Shown here in pieces: positions 13,680 to 25,625 of a DNA stretch of 64,000 nucleotides. The notes beneath the pieces were generated by a model that was given only the letters and a program-made list of their open reading frames with translations, was not told the origin of the DNA and made no database searches. The DNA is from Ginglymostoma cirratum (taxonomy: Eukaryota): the NCBI GenBank assembly GCA_024137785.1, contig JAHRHZ010000267.1, forward strand, positions 14,087,454 to 14,151,453, written 5' to 3'. Made by a program: the position numbers and the translations under genes. Within the stretch, counting starts at the first letter, position 1. Every line of letters starts with the position of its first letter.

Positions 13680-13701
13680 AGAGAGAGAGAGAGAGAGAGA
13701 G
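13680..13701. repeat. (AG)n microsatellite in the putative 5'UTR
   Basis: About 11 AG units read directly. Confidence 0.9.
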
Positions 13702-13795
13702 CCCTCGCATGATGACTGGGAGCTGTGGGCAGTGAATCCAGGGGATTTTATCTCTCTCTCTATATATATATCATCAACAGGTTCCCGGAGCGGGG

Positions 13796-16264
13796 ATGGG
13801 TTGGTTGCTTGCGCCGCTGCTCACCCTGGTCCTGTGGGCTCGGGCTGCCGGCGCCGTGGTCAATCTGAAATACTCGATCGTGGAGGAGGAGAGAGCCGGC
13901 ACGGTGATCGGCAACATCGCCAAGGACGCCGGCTTCTCCACCTGGGAGCAGACGGTGCCGCTGTTCCGCGTCCTCTCCAACTCGGCGCCTCACCTGGTGG
14001 AGATCAACCCGCTGACCGGCTTGCTGGTGACCAAGCAGAAGATCGACCGCGACCTGCTGTGCCGCCAGAGCGCCAAGTGCCTGATCTCGCTGGAGGAGAT
14101 GGTGAACTCCATGGAGATCTACGTGATCAAGGTGGAGATCGTGGACCTGAACGACAACTCGCCGAGCTTCCCCACCGAGAGGATCGACCTGGAGATCTCG
14201 GAGACGGCGAGCCCGGGCACCCGGATCCCGCTGGAGAGCGCTTATGACCCGGACGCCGGTCAGTACGGGGTGCAGACCTACCGGCTGAGCCCGAGCGAGC
14301 TCTTCGGCTTGGAGATCAAGAGCCGGGGAGACGGCTCCCGCTTCGCCGAGCTGGTGGTGGAGAAGCCGCTCGACCGGGAGAAGCAGTCCCGGTACAGTTA
14401 TCAGCTGAGCGCGGTGGACGGCGGAGACCCCCCGCGGGTGGGGACCACCCAGCTCAACATCCGAGTGATCGACTCGAACGACAACTACCCCCGGTTCGAG
14501 AGAGCCTCGTACACGGTCAGCGTCCTGGAGAACGCGCCGGTGGGCTCGCTGGTCACCGAGCTGAAGGCTTCGGACCCGGACGAGGGCAGCAACGGGCAGG
14601 TCGTCTACTCGTTCAACAGCTACGTGCCCGAGAGGACCCGCCAGCTGTTCGGGCTGGACTCCCGCACCGGGGCGCTCACCGTCCGCGGCGACATCGACTA
14701 CGAGGAGGGCACCGTCTACGAGATCGACGTCCAGGCGAAAGACCTGGGACCGAACTCCATCCCGGCTCACTGCAAGGTCACCGTGCATGTGGTGGACGTG
14801 AACGACAACGTGCCGGTCATCAGCCTCTTCTCGGTCAACAGCGGCACGGTGGAGGTCAGCGAGGCCGCCCCGCCCGGCTACGTGATCGGCCTGGTGCGGG
14901 TGTCGGACCGGGACTCCGGGCCGAACGGCCGGGTCCGCTGCCAGCTCCTGGGGGAGCCGCCGTTTCGCCTGCAGGAGTACGAGAGCTTCTACACGGTGCT
15001 GGTGGACGGCCGCTTGGACCGGGAGCGGCGCGACCTCTACAACCTGACGGTGCTGGCCAAGGACGGCGGCTCGCCGTCGCTGCAGTCGTCCCGTTCGTTC
15101 GGGGTAAGGGTGACCGACGAGAACGACAACCCGCCAGTGTTCGGGCAGCCCGTCTACCAGGTCATGGTGCAGGAGAACAACACGCCCGGCTCGCACCTGC
15201 TGTCGGTGTCCGCCCGCGATCTCGACCTGGGCTCGAACGGGACCGTCTCCTACCAGATCGCCCCGTCCCAGGTCAAAGACATGCCGGTCTTCACCTACGT
15301 CTCCATCAACCCCACCTCGGGCGACGTCTACGCCCTCCGCTCCTTCAACCACGAGCAGACCCGGTCGTTCGAGTTCCAGGTGCTGGCGAGGGACGGCGGC
15401 TCCCCGCCGCTGCAGAGCAACGCCACGGTGCGGGTGCTGGTGCTCGACGCCAACGACAACGTGCCGCTCATCTCGGCGCCGCCGCTCGTCAACGGCACCG
15501 CCGAGCTCTACATCCCCCGCGGCGTGCCCGCCGGCTACCTGGTCACCGTGCTCAGGGCCGACGACTACGACGACGGCGACAACGGGCGCCTGAGCTACGA
15601 GATCGCCGACGGCGGGCGCGGCTACTTCCGCATGGAGGCGGCGAGCGGCGAGCTCCGCACCAGCCGGCGTTTCGCCGACGCCGGCTCGGACACCGCCTTC
15701 GACCTGGTCGTGGTGGCCCAGGACCACGGGAAGCCCGCGCTCTCCTCCACCGCCCTGATCGTGGTCTACCTGTCGCCGGCGCTGGACGCCCGGGAGTCCG
15801 GCGGCTCCCTCAACCTCTCGCTGATCTTCATCATCGCCCTGGGCTCCATCGCCGCCATCCTCTTCGTCACCATGATCTTCGTGGCGGTCAAGTGCAAGCG
15901 GGACAACAAGGAGATCAGGACCTACAACTGCAGGGTGGCCGAGTACTCGTACGGGCAGCAGAAGAAGCCCAAGAAGAAGGGCAAGATCAGCAAGAACGAC
16001 ATCCGCTTGGTGCCCAGGGACATGGAGGAGACTGACAAGATGAACGTGGTCAGCTGCTCCTCCCTGACCTCCTCCCTCAACTACTTCGACTACCACCAGC
16101 AGACTTTGCCCTTGGGGTGCCGGAGGTCCGAGGCGACCTTCCTCAACGTCGAGAGCCAGAACTCGAGGAACGCCGCGGGCAACCACGTGTACCACACTTT
16201 CACCAGCACCCAGAGCTCCCAGCAACAGCCAGACCTCATCATCAATGGCATGCCGCTTCCCGAG
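13796..16264 (+). CDS. PCDH19: Protocadherin-19 (delta-2 protocadherin), first coding exon, 823 codons: signal peptide, six cadherin repeats, TM helix, start of cytoplasmic tail. The gene continues beyond this exon.
   Basis: ATG in strong context (GGGATGG) and signal peptide [20 protein letters not shown]. Cadherin calcium motifs ([39 protein letters not shown]). [25 protein letters not shown]. Cytoplasmic [76 protein letters not shown] matches PCDH19 as I recall it. Perfect phase-0 donor GAG|GTGAGT at 16264/16265. Confidence 0.95.
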
Positions 16265-16359
16265 GTGAGTGCTGGCGGAGGCTAGCAGGTCAATTCCACT
16301 CTGTGGCGGGGTCAGACGGACCCACATCGTCTTCTGCCTGTAATAATACACGTGCCGGA

Positions 16360-16565
16360 GACACTTTAGCAGGTCTTGCAGCGTCTGTGGAGAGAGAAAC
16401 AAACTTGAGGTTTCAAGTCCGGTGCGACTCTCAGGTCCACATGGCATTGACCTGAAACTTCAACTCTTTGTTTTTCTCTCTCCACAAGTGCTGCCAGACT
16501 TGCCTTCTCCAGCACTTAACTGATTTCATTTTCAGATTTCCAGCATCCACAGAACTTTGTTTTTT
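16360..16565. mobile_element. Decayed Penelope-terminus hairpin just inside the intron
   Basis: agcaggtcttgcagcgtctgtggagagagaaac..gtttcaagtc is inversely repeated by gacctgaaac..tttctctctccacaagtgctgccagacttgc. Confidence 0.7.
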
Positions 16566-17221
16566 TTTCTTTGTGATCGCCTGATACCGAAAGAGAGCTT
16601 AGGGGTGGTGAGAAATGTAGTTTCATGAACAAAAAAGTTACTGACAGTTGGTGAGAAATACAATTTCTCAAAAAAAAGTATCAGTTGAACTACTTTACAA
16701 CAATCCAGTACATTTACAAAGTTATTTATGGTGTGATCAACTGGCGACTGAGTGCTGGTGAATCTTATTCAGAAAACCTACTGAATTCAGTGATCTGGAA
16801 TGCACTGTTTGAAAGGCAGTAGGATGCAGGATGTGAAGTAACATTCAAATCAAAAGGGGAAACGGCAGAGCAATGGGAAACAAATTGTTTTAATTGGATC
16901 GCTCCAAAAAGAGCCGGTACTGGCATGATGGGCTGAATGGCCTTCCATGTTGCATCCTTTCTAGGTTTTTAGATGAGTACATTGCTCATATTTTTACAAC
17001 TCATTTCACTTAATTTCACTGCAGTTCTGACTCAGAAAGCTTTGCAGCAGAGGATAATCAACTGTATTGTAATACAGTAGCTTACAACCACCTATTCATT
17101 TTTGTTGTGGGTTTGAAAGTGATTTTACATGCTCCATTTAATATTTCAAGAAGTCAATGAAACAATGGGCATGACGAATTGACTTTAATTATTGCTGAAA
17201 AAAGATACATATTGTCAAAGT

Positions 17222-17427
17222 TAGTCGGAACTGCTGATGCTAGAGAATCTGAGATAACAAGGTGTAGAGCTGGATGAACGTAGCAGGCCAAGCAGCATCA
17301 GAGGAGCAGGCAAGTTGATGTTTCGGGTCTGGACCCTTCTTCAGATTTCTTCAAAACTTCAGCCTTCCTGCTCCTCTGATGCTGCCTGGCCTGCTGTGTT
17401 CATCCAGCTCTACACCTTGTTATCTCA
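17222..17427. mobile_element. Penelope-terminus hairpin element, family A
   Basis: About 75-bp inverted arms 17250-17324 / 17353-17427. Minus-strand CTGAAGA-A-GGGTC-CA-GACCC-GAAAC. TSD catattgtcaaagt (17208-17221) / catattgtgaaagt (17426-17439). Confidence 0.85.
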
Positions 17428-20285
17428 TATTGTGAAAGTGTTTTTTTCTTAGCAGTATTCAAGTTCTGTATTACCAAACAACACAACACCCCATTCCTAT
17501 GTGGAATTACACCTCCTGTCAAAATGTAGGGGTTATGGGCTTGAGGTAGGGTACATGGGGTTGAAAACTTGGGGCACTTTGGGTGTTTCAAGCCACTGAC
17601 TTAAACTTAGTGGCGTTCTACATTGTTATTAGCTGTTCATTTTGAGTTGTGGATGGTGGTAAATTAGAGGTTGGCATTTAAGAAGTATTCAATCATGAAC
17701 CATAAATATTGCAAGGAATAGACTAAATGAGTTAAATGTGATAAGAAAGGCAATTTATTAACTAAGCACAAATTTATATAGCTGAAAAACATGGATAATA
17801 TGACAGCTGTAGGTTTGACATGAGTTCAGATGAAGGTAAGCATCTTGTTCCTACAATAGAGGGCATTGAAAGTTACTGAAAACAAGGACAGATTGATTTT
17901 TCTTATCTTCATTCTAAAACGAGAAACAGAAAACAAGAGTTGAGTTTCTTAAGTTATTGTGACCTTTCAAAAAGTTAAAATGAAGAAAGAGGAAAAATCC
18001 AGGAACATAAAAGCAGGAGTAAAAAGAAATCCAGATAAGTAGATTTGGAGACATAAACATTTAACCACCAGAAAGCAAATAGGAATATTAGTAATGAGGC
18101 ATTTTCAATACATTGGCAAACTACATCAGATATTTTTATTAGAAAAGAAAGGAACTTTTTTTCCCCTGAGTTAGCAACTGTCCTTACTGGCAGTACATCA
18201 TTTAACTTACTTGAAATTTTTAACTTAGTATTTTTCCTGAGCTTACAAAGTAGCGTGAACTATTGAAGTAGTAGACAATTGCGTATTCTAATACAAATAG
18301 TGAGAACAGCATCCAAAAATGGGTGTGTGTTTGGCATTGTCCCTTAAATCATCAAACTGGTGCATACTGACAATCTAAATGCTTTCTCTTCATTTCCATG
18401 CTGCATAAATTGCTGTAAGCATAATCACAAATGACCAAAATGCAAGGTTCTAAAGCTGAATTGCCTGGGGAAGATTTTGCTCTAGTGGGAAACTGTTAGT
18501 GATGTTTAGAAGGTTGTGGGTAATTTGCCCTCCCAAAACATGTTCCAAATTGGGCCTCAATTTTCACTTGGCCTAATTGTTCTCTTTTACCTTGGACACA
18601 AAGACAGATCGAATCAGTCATGTGTGTCAGTTAAATAATTGATGGAAAAGTTGTGTTGTTCAGTGGGCAGAAAAAAAGGTTTGCTGAATGTAATGAATAT
18701 GATCTGTGCAAAAGCTAGATTTAACTCATTGTAGTATCAACTGCCTAAATTTTTAAAAAAAGGAATTAAAATGAAATTTTGGTGGTAAATATTAGAAAAA
18801 AGAATGAAGTATACGCATAGATCAATGTAATATGCTTAATTAATATACTGCAATGAATGGAATGATGTTTAAAGCTACAGCCTTTCTCAGAAGGCTACGA
18901 TGCACAGTGAAGATCTTACGTTCAGCAAGAGGAGTACTGCAATTTGCATTTCTGACACAAAGCTAATTGTTGTAAGGTAGTATCGCTACATATCAATAGT
19001 CATGACTGGCTTGAATGTTCCCACACAGAACCTTAAACATTCCCCCTCCACCAAGCCTCTCATCCCCACCTCCACTAAAAAGAATCTTTGAATTTCCATC
19101 AGAGAGTCTGTGCTTGCACTTGACATCAATGTAACACCAGGGTACATAGGACTGTAGCAGTAGAGTCAACAGGACTCAACTTTACTTGGCCCCAGCAGCT
19201 GCTTTGCTGTGGGCTTTTAGCTCATTTTCTCTTGATCTGCCACAATCACAGTAATCACAGTAGCCAGAAAGAAGGCAGCATTGATTTTATAACATGTGAC
19301 ACTGTGCGACCCCCACAGCTTGGGCCACATACTTTTCACAAGCTCCGTACTTGATGAGGAAAAATAACAGCTTTTAGTTTACCATGTTGCTCTCTAAACA
19401 AGAATTTCAAGAAGTACGCAAGATTTGAAGATAAATGGTTTGAAGTTTTATTTTTCACTCTATGCAGTACGTCACATTTGTTTGGGTCATCTAAATTTGA
19501 AAATTAGATTTCTCCACCAGCAGCAAGAGTCACAATTTTATCATCTCCTTAATGTCCGACCATTGACGTGAAAAGAATGCTGCATTTTACGTTAGGCAGT
19601 TGTTAATTGTTGTAGAACAGTATATTCTGTTGCATTGAATCATAGTATTACAAGTAAGACATTCATGTTGACTAAAGTTTTCAAAATTGAGTTGGCGGTG
19701 TGGTGAAGGACTGTCAGATCGCAGGCAGGTGTGAATCAATTTGATAGGCTACCTTTGCTGACCTCTTTAAATGTAGCCACATTGCTGTAGCAGGCACTAA
19801 GCAAAGATCAGGAAGCACTTACGGGAAGTGAAGGAAAATTAAATGGCAGGTGAGGGGGTGAAATCCCCACTGAGTTTCCCTTATGAACGTAGGCACTCAG
19901 CCATGAGAATTGTTGCCTGGGAACCGAGGACAAGTGCCATTTTCTGTCACTTACTGGAAAAAGTATTATGTACAATCAGAAGGAGCAAAGTGAAGAAAGT
20001 GAGTTGGATGAGGATGGCACCTGCCCTTTTTGAAGGCTGCAAACATTCAAATAAAGTTGTAGTTTCAATAATTTAAGGCTTTAACATTCTTAGTACCTGA
20101 TAAAGACCAAATTAAAGATGTTATGACGTTTCTGATGTTAATGATTTAAACACGACATTACATTCTAGAATTAATTAATGACGAGATTACCAGGTCATTA
20201 TCAAATCATTGTATGTACAAACTTGCTGAGTGGAAACTTGCTGCCGTACATTCTATTTTGCAACGTTGGCCACATTTCAAAAGTT

Positions 20286-20380
20286 TAAAGCAAAAGCCTG
20301 CTGATGCTGGAAATCTGAAATGAAAACAGAAAGTGTTGAAAATACTCACCAGGTCTGGCATCACTTTGGAGAGAAAAACA
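20286..20380 (-). mobile_element. Penelope-terminus fragment
   Basis: gatgctggaaatctgaaatgaaaacagaaagtgttgaaaatactcaccaggtctggcatc. Confidence 0.65.
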
Positions 20381-20384
20381 TACA

Positions 20385-20940
20385 ATCATGCATGAATAAA
20401 AGCAGGAGTAGATCACTTGGTCCCTCAAGCCTGTTCCATCATTCAGTAAGACCATGACTGATCTGATTACATTCCCGCCTGCCTCCAATAATCTTTCATC
20501 CACTTGCTTATCAAGTATCTATCTAGCTCTGCATGAAATTATATTTAAAGACTCTGTTTCCACCACCTCTGTTATCACCTCTGTCTTAAACTAGTAACCC
20601 CCTATTTTTAAACAGTGGTCCCGTTTTCCAGATTCTCTAAGAGGAAATGCCTTTCCACATGCATCTTGTCAAGGCTCCTCAGAGTCTTTCTTGTTGATGT
20701 CAAGTCACCTCATTTCTAAACTCCAGTGGATACAAACGTAAGCCTGCCCAGCCTTAGGCAACTCTCTGACTCCAGGTATAAGTTCCGTCAGCCTTCTCTC
20801 AACTGCTTCCAATGCATTTACACCCTTCCATAAGTCAGGTGAACAATACTGTGCACTGTACTGCAAATATGGTCTTGCCAGTATCCTGTATAATTCAAGC
20901 ATAACTTCCCTACCTTTGTATGTACTTTTCACAACGCATG
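20385..20940 (-). mobile_element. CR1 LINE 3' end (continues at about 21620-21895)
   Basis: YKGREVMLELYRILARPYLQYSAQYCSP..VNALEAVERRLTELIPG. Confidence 0.85.
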
Positions 20941-20956
20941 TACTTTGCTACCTCCG

Positions 20957-21290
20957 GGTGGCTCAGTGGTTAGTGCTGCTGCCTCACTGTGCCAGGGACC
21001 TGGGCTCTATTCCATTCACAGGTGACTATGTGGAGTTTACATATTCTCCTTGTGTCTGTATGGGCTTCCTCTGGGTTCTCCGGTTTCCTCCCACAGATGT
21101 GCAGGTTAGGTGGATCGACCATGGTAAATAGCCCATAGTGTCCAGGAATGTGCAGGCTAAGTGAATTAGCCATGGGAAATGTGGGGTTACAGGGATACAG
21201 TAGGAGGGGTGGGTCTGGGTGGGATGTACCTCAGAGGGTTGGTGTGGGTTTGATGGGCAGAATGGCCTGCTTTCCATATTGTAGAAATTC
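20957..21290 (+). mobile_element. HE1-like V-SINE
   Basis: gtggctcagtggttagtgctgctgcctcac head, V-domain and CR1 tail; similar to the 7774 copy. Confidence 0.85.
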
Positions 21291-21897
21291 TCCTTAGCCT
21301 GGAACTCGTTTACTCTGTCTGCTTTTACTTCTTTTCCTTTCTCTGCTATTCTTTTAACATTTCCAGTTATTAGTCTCCTGGAATGGTGGTCTCCTCCTGG
21401 CTGCATTGTCCAGATAAATGTTCCTTAATCAGCTTTCCCTGAGCCAAGGGGCCATTAACTGAACTCTGATAGACTTTGTCTTAGTTTTGCTTTGTTTTTA
21501 TTATAATGTATGACTTCTGTCATTAATATAGGCACCATTGTAAGCGACCTCTCAAACTTTTCACTGTATTTTTCAAATAAAAGTAAATGTGACGATAAAT
21601 TTCTATTCGATTACCTTTGCCCAAGTCATTTTCATAAATTGTGAAAGATTGAGGCCCCAGCACTGATCCCAGTGACACACCATGTTGCATCTTGCCAACC
21701 ATAGAATGACATAAAAGTTTATTTTCTGTTTCCTGTTAGATAACTAATGTTCTATCTATCTCAGTATAGCACTCCCTACACCATGACCTTTTATTTTTCA
21801 CAATAATCTTTGATATGGCCCTGTATCAAATACCTTCTGGAAATCTGCAGTATTCAGTGGTTTCCATTATACATAGCAAAGATTACATTTTAAAAGA

Positions 21898-22135
21898 ATG
21901 TTTGTAGATGTGGTGCCAATCAATTGGGCTCCTTTCTCTTTGATGGTGTTCACCTTTAGTGTTATTGGAGCTGCAGTCATCCAGGCAAGTGGGAAATACT
22001 CCATCAGGCTCATGAGTTGTGCATTGTTGATGGTTGGAGGCTTTGGGGAGGCAGGAGGATTGTTAGTTATTGCAGGATTCCTAGCCTCTGACTTGTTCTT
22101 GTAGCCACAGTACTTGTAGGGCTAATCCAGTTCAT
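21898..22135 (-). mobile_element. LINE fragment (CR1/L2-group), same family as 55070-55750
   Basis: Aligns by eye with 55450-55680. Confidence 0.55.
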
Positions 22136-22770
22136 GTCAGATTGGATATCAGATTTTACTTATTCATTTTGATTTGTACTATCAGCTCATCTGTTTTGTT
22201 TCACATGCTATGCACATTCAGATGCAGAGTATTTTGATTTGACCTTTTGTTATTTTTGCAATTTCTAGCCTTATTTGCTGACTTACTCTCAACTTTGTAG
22301 TCTTCATCCGTTCCTGTCATGGCCTATTTATCATTTTACATATAAATACTTTTCTTCCTTAGCTTGTATCTGCTCTTTGATTGTGGTTGTGTTTGAAAAA
22401 ATGTTTCAATGTCTGCAAAATGTTTTTGGATTTCCCAATTTCATGAACTATATTATTCAAATACAAGTCTTTTTTTTTAACTTTGATGGTATTAGTCACA
22501 AAATAATGCTGAGCAAAATTGTAGTTGTTATTGATAAATGCAAATGTATGCCATCACACAGGCAGGAGAATTAATAATAAATCAAATGCCCCCCAAAAAA
22601 CTGTATCAATTTAGACAATACAAAGTCACTAGTTATAATTGCTTTTGTATTTTTCTGACAACTGTGTTGTGTTAAAGTTTGGATTTTTATACATGCAATA
22701 GAGCACTACTTCGGGCTCTTTTGCACACATTTCCACTGCCTGGTACAATCCTGTAAACTGAATCATTTAA

Positions 22771-22851
22771 CAGATACCGCCAGACCTGCTGAGCTTTTCC
22801 AACAACTTTGTTCTTGTTCCTGATTTACAGCATCTGCAGTTCTTTTGGTTT
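22771..22851 (+). mobile_element. Penelope-terminus fragment, family B
   Basis: ccagacctgctgagcttttcc..gatttacagcatctgcagttcttttggtttt, flanked by tcatttaa on both sides. Confidence 0.8.
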
Positions 22852-25399
22852 TCATTTAATTTGGGCACTGTCTGCAGGCATGTCCCTCATTGCCATTCAT
22901 TAAGTTAAGGTAAAGGCCACAGTCTTATAGGGATGGGTTGGAATCATTGGATCTATTGTGTGAAATTCCCCTGTATGGGCAGATTCCATAAAGACTGTAA
23001 AGGTTACAAAGAGATCCATGAAGTTCACTAATGCATGGAGTCACCTTGGAAAGAATGTGCATTCTTTACTATTTCCCCATTGTCATCTAAACTATTGTGT
23101 GATATACATAAAAGATTGGATCAGGCCTGACACTTTGCATAACAACGACATCTCATTTAATGTCATGCAGAGGGCAAGCTCTCATCAAAGCTGAGCCCCT
23201 GGACAAAAGCACTGAGTGTAGATATCTTTTTACCATTAAAAAGGGACAAATGAAGACCAACACTCAGGGGTTTTACATTACAACAGTGCAGAAGCCTATT
23301 CTCTGATGCCGGTTGCATTGCTACATTTAAACAGTATGGGACCTGAAGCAAAATCAATGAGAGGACTGAAACTGCTGTTGTATGAAAGTCTATCTATTCC
23401 ACAGTATTAAATGATGAGATCGAGTTCCAGACGTTTGTAGTCTGAGTCCTTGCCTTGTTTCTCACATGTCTATGGAGAGCAGTGTCTGATCCAAATATTA
23501 AAGGGAAGAGAGTCAAATGGTTTATGTTAGGTAGGAAATGAAATAATCGAAAACTCAACTTAAGACATTCATGATAGCTAAAGGGGTTACATTATCAGTT
23601 GCTGCTGAACGCTGAGAAAATGGTCAGAATAGAATCGACAAATGCAATGCATATCAATGCGAAATTGGTTGGCTAAGAATATAGAGACTTAATTGTGCTG
23701 CCTGTTTTCTGTCTCTTGTTATCACTAATTCATATAATAAGTCTCCCATTGGCTAAACTTTAAAAATAGCTATCTGCTTGAGCTTAATTGATTTAATTTC
23801 TGATGAGAGAAGTGTGTTTCACTTTGTGATACATTGCTATGCAAGAGTCTGTATGCTGAAAGGTGCTGCATTGCACTGAATCATTGAGATCGCAGTACTG
23901 TGCTGAAAGATGGAGATGGTTGAGACCTGGGTGCCAGAGGTGCCTAATAAAAAGGGATGAAGAGAGGCAGCCCAAGGCAACTGGAGTAAGGGAAGGTGTA
24001 GAACAAGAGTTGGAAGGTAAAGTTAAGGGGTCTACTGCATCATAAGGGCCAGTTACAGAACATTGTTGCTGGAAATAAGAGAGTAGCATTCTCCTCAGCA
24101 AACCAGCACCATATCAGCCAGCTCAGTTGCTGATATGAAAAATCATTGACATAGGTCATCTGCCCTCTCTGTCAAAGCATGGCCCAGCGGGAGGGGGAGA
24201 ATCGGAAACCTTATTTGAAAGAGAATTTACTCCTGTTGCTCCACATATAAATAGTCACCCAGATGTAGCAGATGTGTTCAATAGATCATTGTGCCAAATG
24301 CAATATATTACTGAGATAGTGCCACAGTTAGTAACATCTCCTAATTTATGGAACGTTTTAACTGCATCAACTGCTGATCATTTAATTTGACCTTTTCAGA
24401 CATCCTGAATACAACATGGGGGGAGAAAACAGCAGATCTGTCAAAATAAGAATAGATCAGGGCATTCGTGTTCCTGCTTTGCTTAAATATAGAAGCAGAA
24501 CATCAAAGTGGCAACAGACTTTTCAAACCTAAGCTGTCAGTTGACTCATATACATTAAGCAATCTAGGAAGAGAATGTACTTTCCCCCAGTGATTTTTGG
24601 AAAAAGAATGAGGGGATTCATCCTTATTGACTAATACTGTACGCTCATTGAAAGCTCTGGGTTCAATAACAAGGGAGGGGTTTGGTATGTCCTGCCAAAA
24701 GCTCTAGAAAGGCAGCTTTTTGTGGCCATGCAGCTCAACAGTTTCAGAAATTCTCATCTGAGGCAGCAATCAATAGAATGCATGCACAATTTAATGTTTC
24801 GAGCTGACCCATGTAATTTCACTCTGATGTAACTTACGCATGAGCTGTGGCTTAATTCTATCACTCAAGAGGCCAGGTTTATATTGTGTGGGTGGAGCTG
24901 ATTGTATCTTTTTTCCTATGCAAGTGATGAGCTGCTGTTGATGGGGCAACATGCTCCCAGTCCCTTTTGTGTTGTTCAGTATCAACCACTAGGCGGTGCA
25001 TGTGAGCTGCCTGGGGGATGACTTTTTCAGATTCTGTTCTGTCTCATCTACACTGAAGCAACTGGTCTCTTCTTGATACTGTATCTCAGTATTTAAGAAT
25101 GAGATGGTGGCAGGACATTCAATTTATGGGACTTGGTCCAACTTCTGCCTTTCATTAGATGCTGTTATGCAAAGCCTACTTCCTTGCCACATCTTTTAGT
25201 CATCTTCTTGAATATCTCTTCAAGTAGCTGGTGTCAAATTATGTCTGATATACCTCTTGTGAATTGACTTTAGAATTTAATTGTGTTAAAGGTACTATCT
25301 GAATCTAGGTTGGCACACAAGCCACTGACAGTGAGCAGATTTTCTGATATCTTATTGTTAAGTAGCAGGTAAGAGTGGTTTCTTCAATTTTAATTCAAG

Positions 25400-25625
25400 T
25401 CTCCAAAGGTCTTGGCAGGTGGTGGAATTTGAATTCAATGAGAATATGGAATTACGAGCCTGATGAGTATGAAGAGGGAAATTGACCTCCTGAATGATCT
25501 GGCCTATTTGTGACTCCAGACCTCCAGCAATATGTTTGACTCTTAACCCCCCTCTGGGTGATTAGGAATGAGCAATAAATGCTGGCCTAGCTAGCAATGC
25601 CCACATCTAATGAATTAATTTTTTA
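25400..25625 (+). mobile_element. SINE with LINE-derived tail (same family as 51680-52140; possibly MetaSINE-like)
   Basis: tctggcctatttgtgactccagac..gttgactcttaac core. Tail gcaataaatgctggcctagctagcaatgcccacatc is shared with the LINE 3' end at 55070. Confidence 0.6.

Larger units (their letters stand above)
13040..16290. promoter_or_regulatory. CpG island covering promoter, 5'UTR and exon 1 of PCDH19
   Basis: Abundant CG dinucleotides and very high GC against CpG-depleted AT-rich flanks. Inverted CCAAT box (GATTGGCT) near 13123-13130. Confidence 0.75.

Noticed and set aside
13796-16285. Calling the gene PCDH17, PCDH18 or a clustered protocadherin, or a complete single-exon gene
   Set aside because: The cytoplasmic sequence matches PCDH19, there is no tandem array of variable exons, and a perfect splice donor precedes the stop.
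13760-16447. 895-aa minus-strand ORF as a protein-coding gene
   Set aside because: Codon-aligned shadow of the high-GC3 PCDH19 exon; no recognisable domain.
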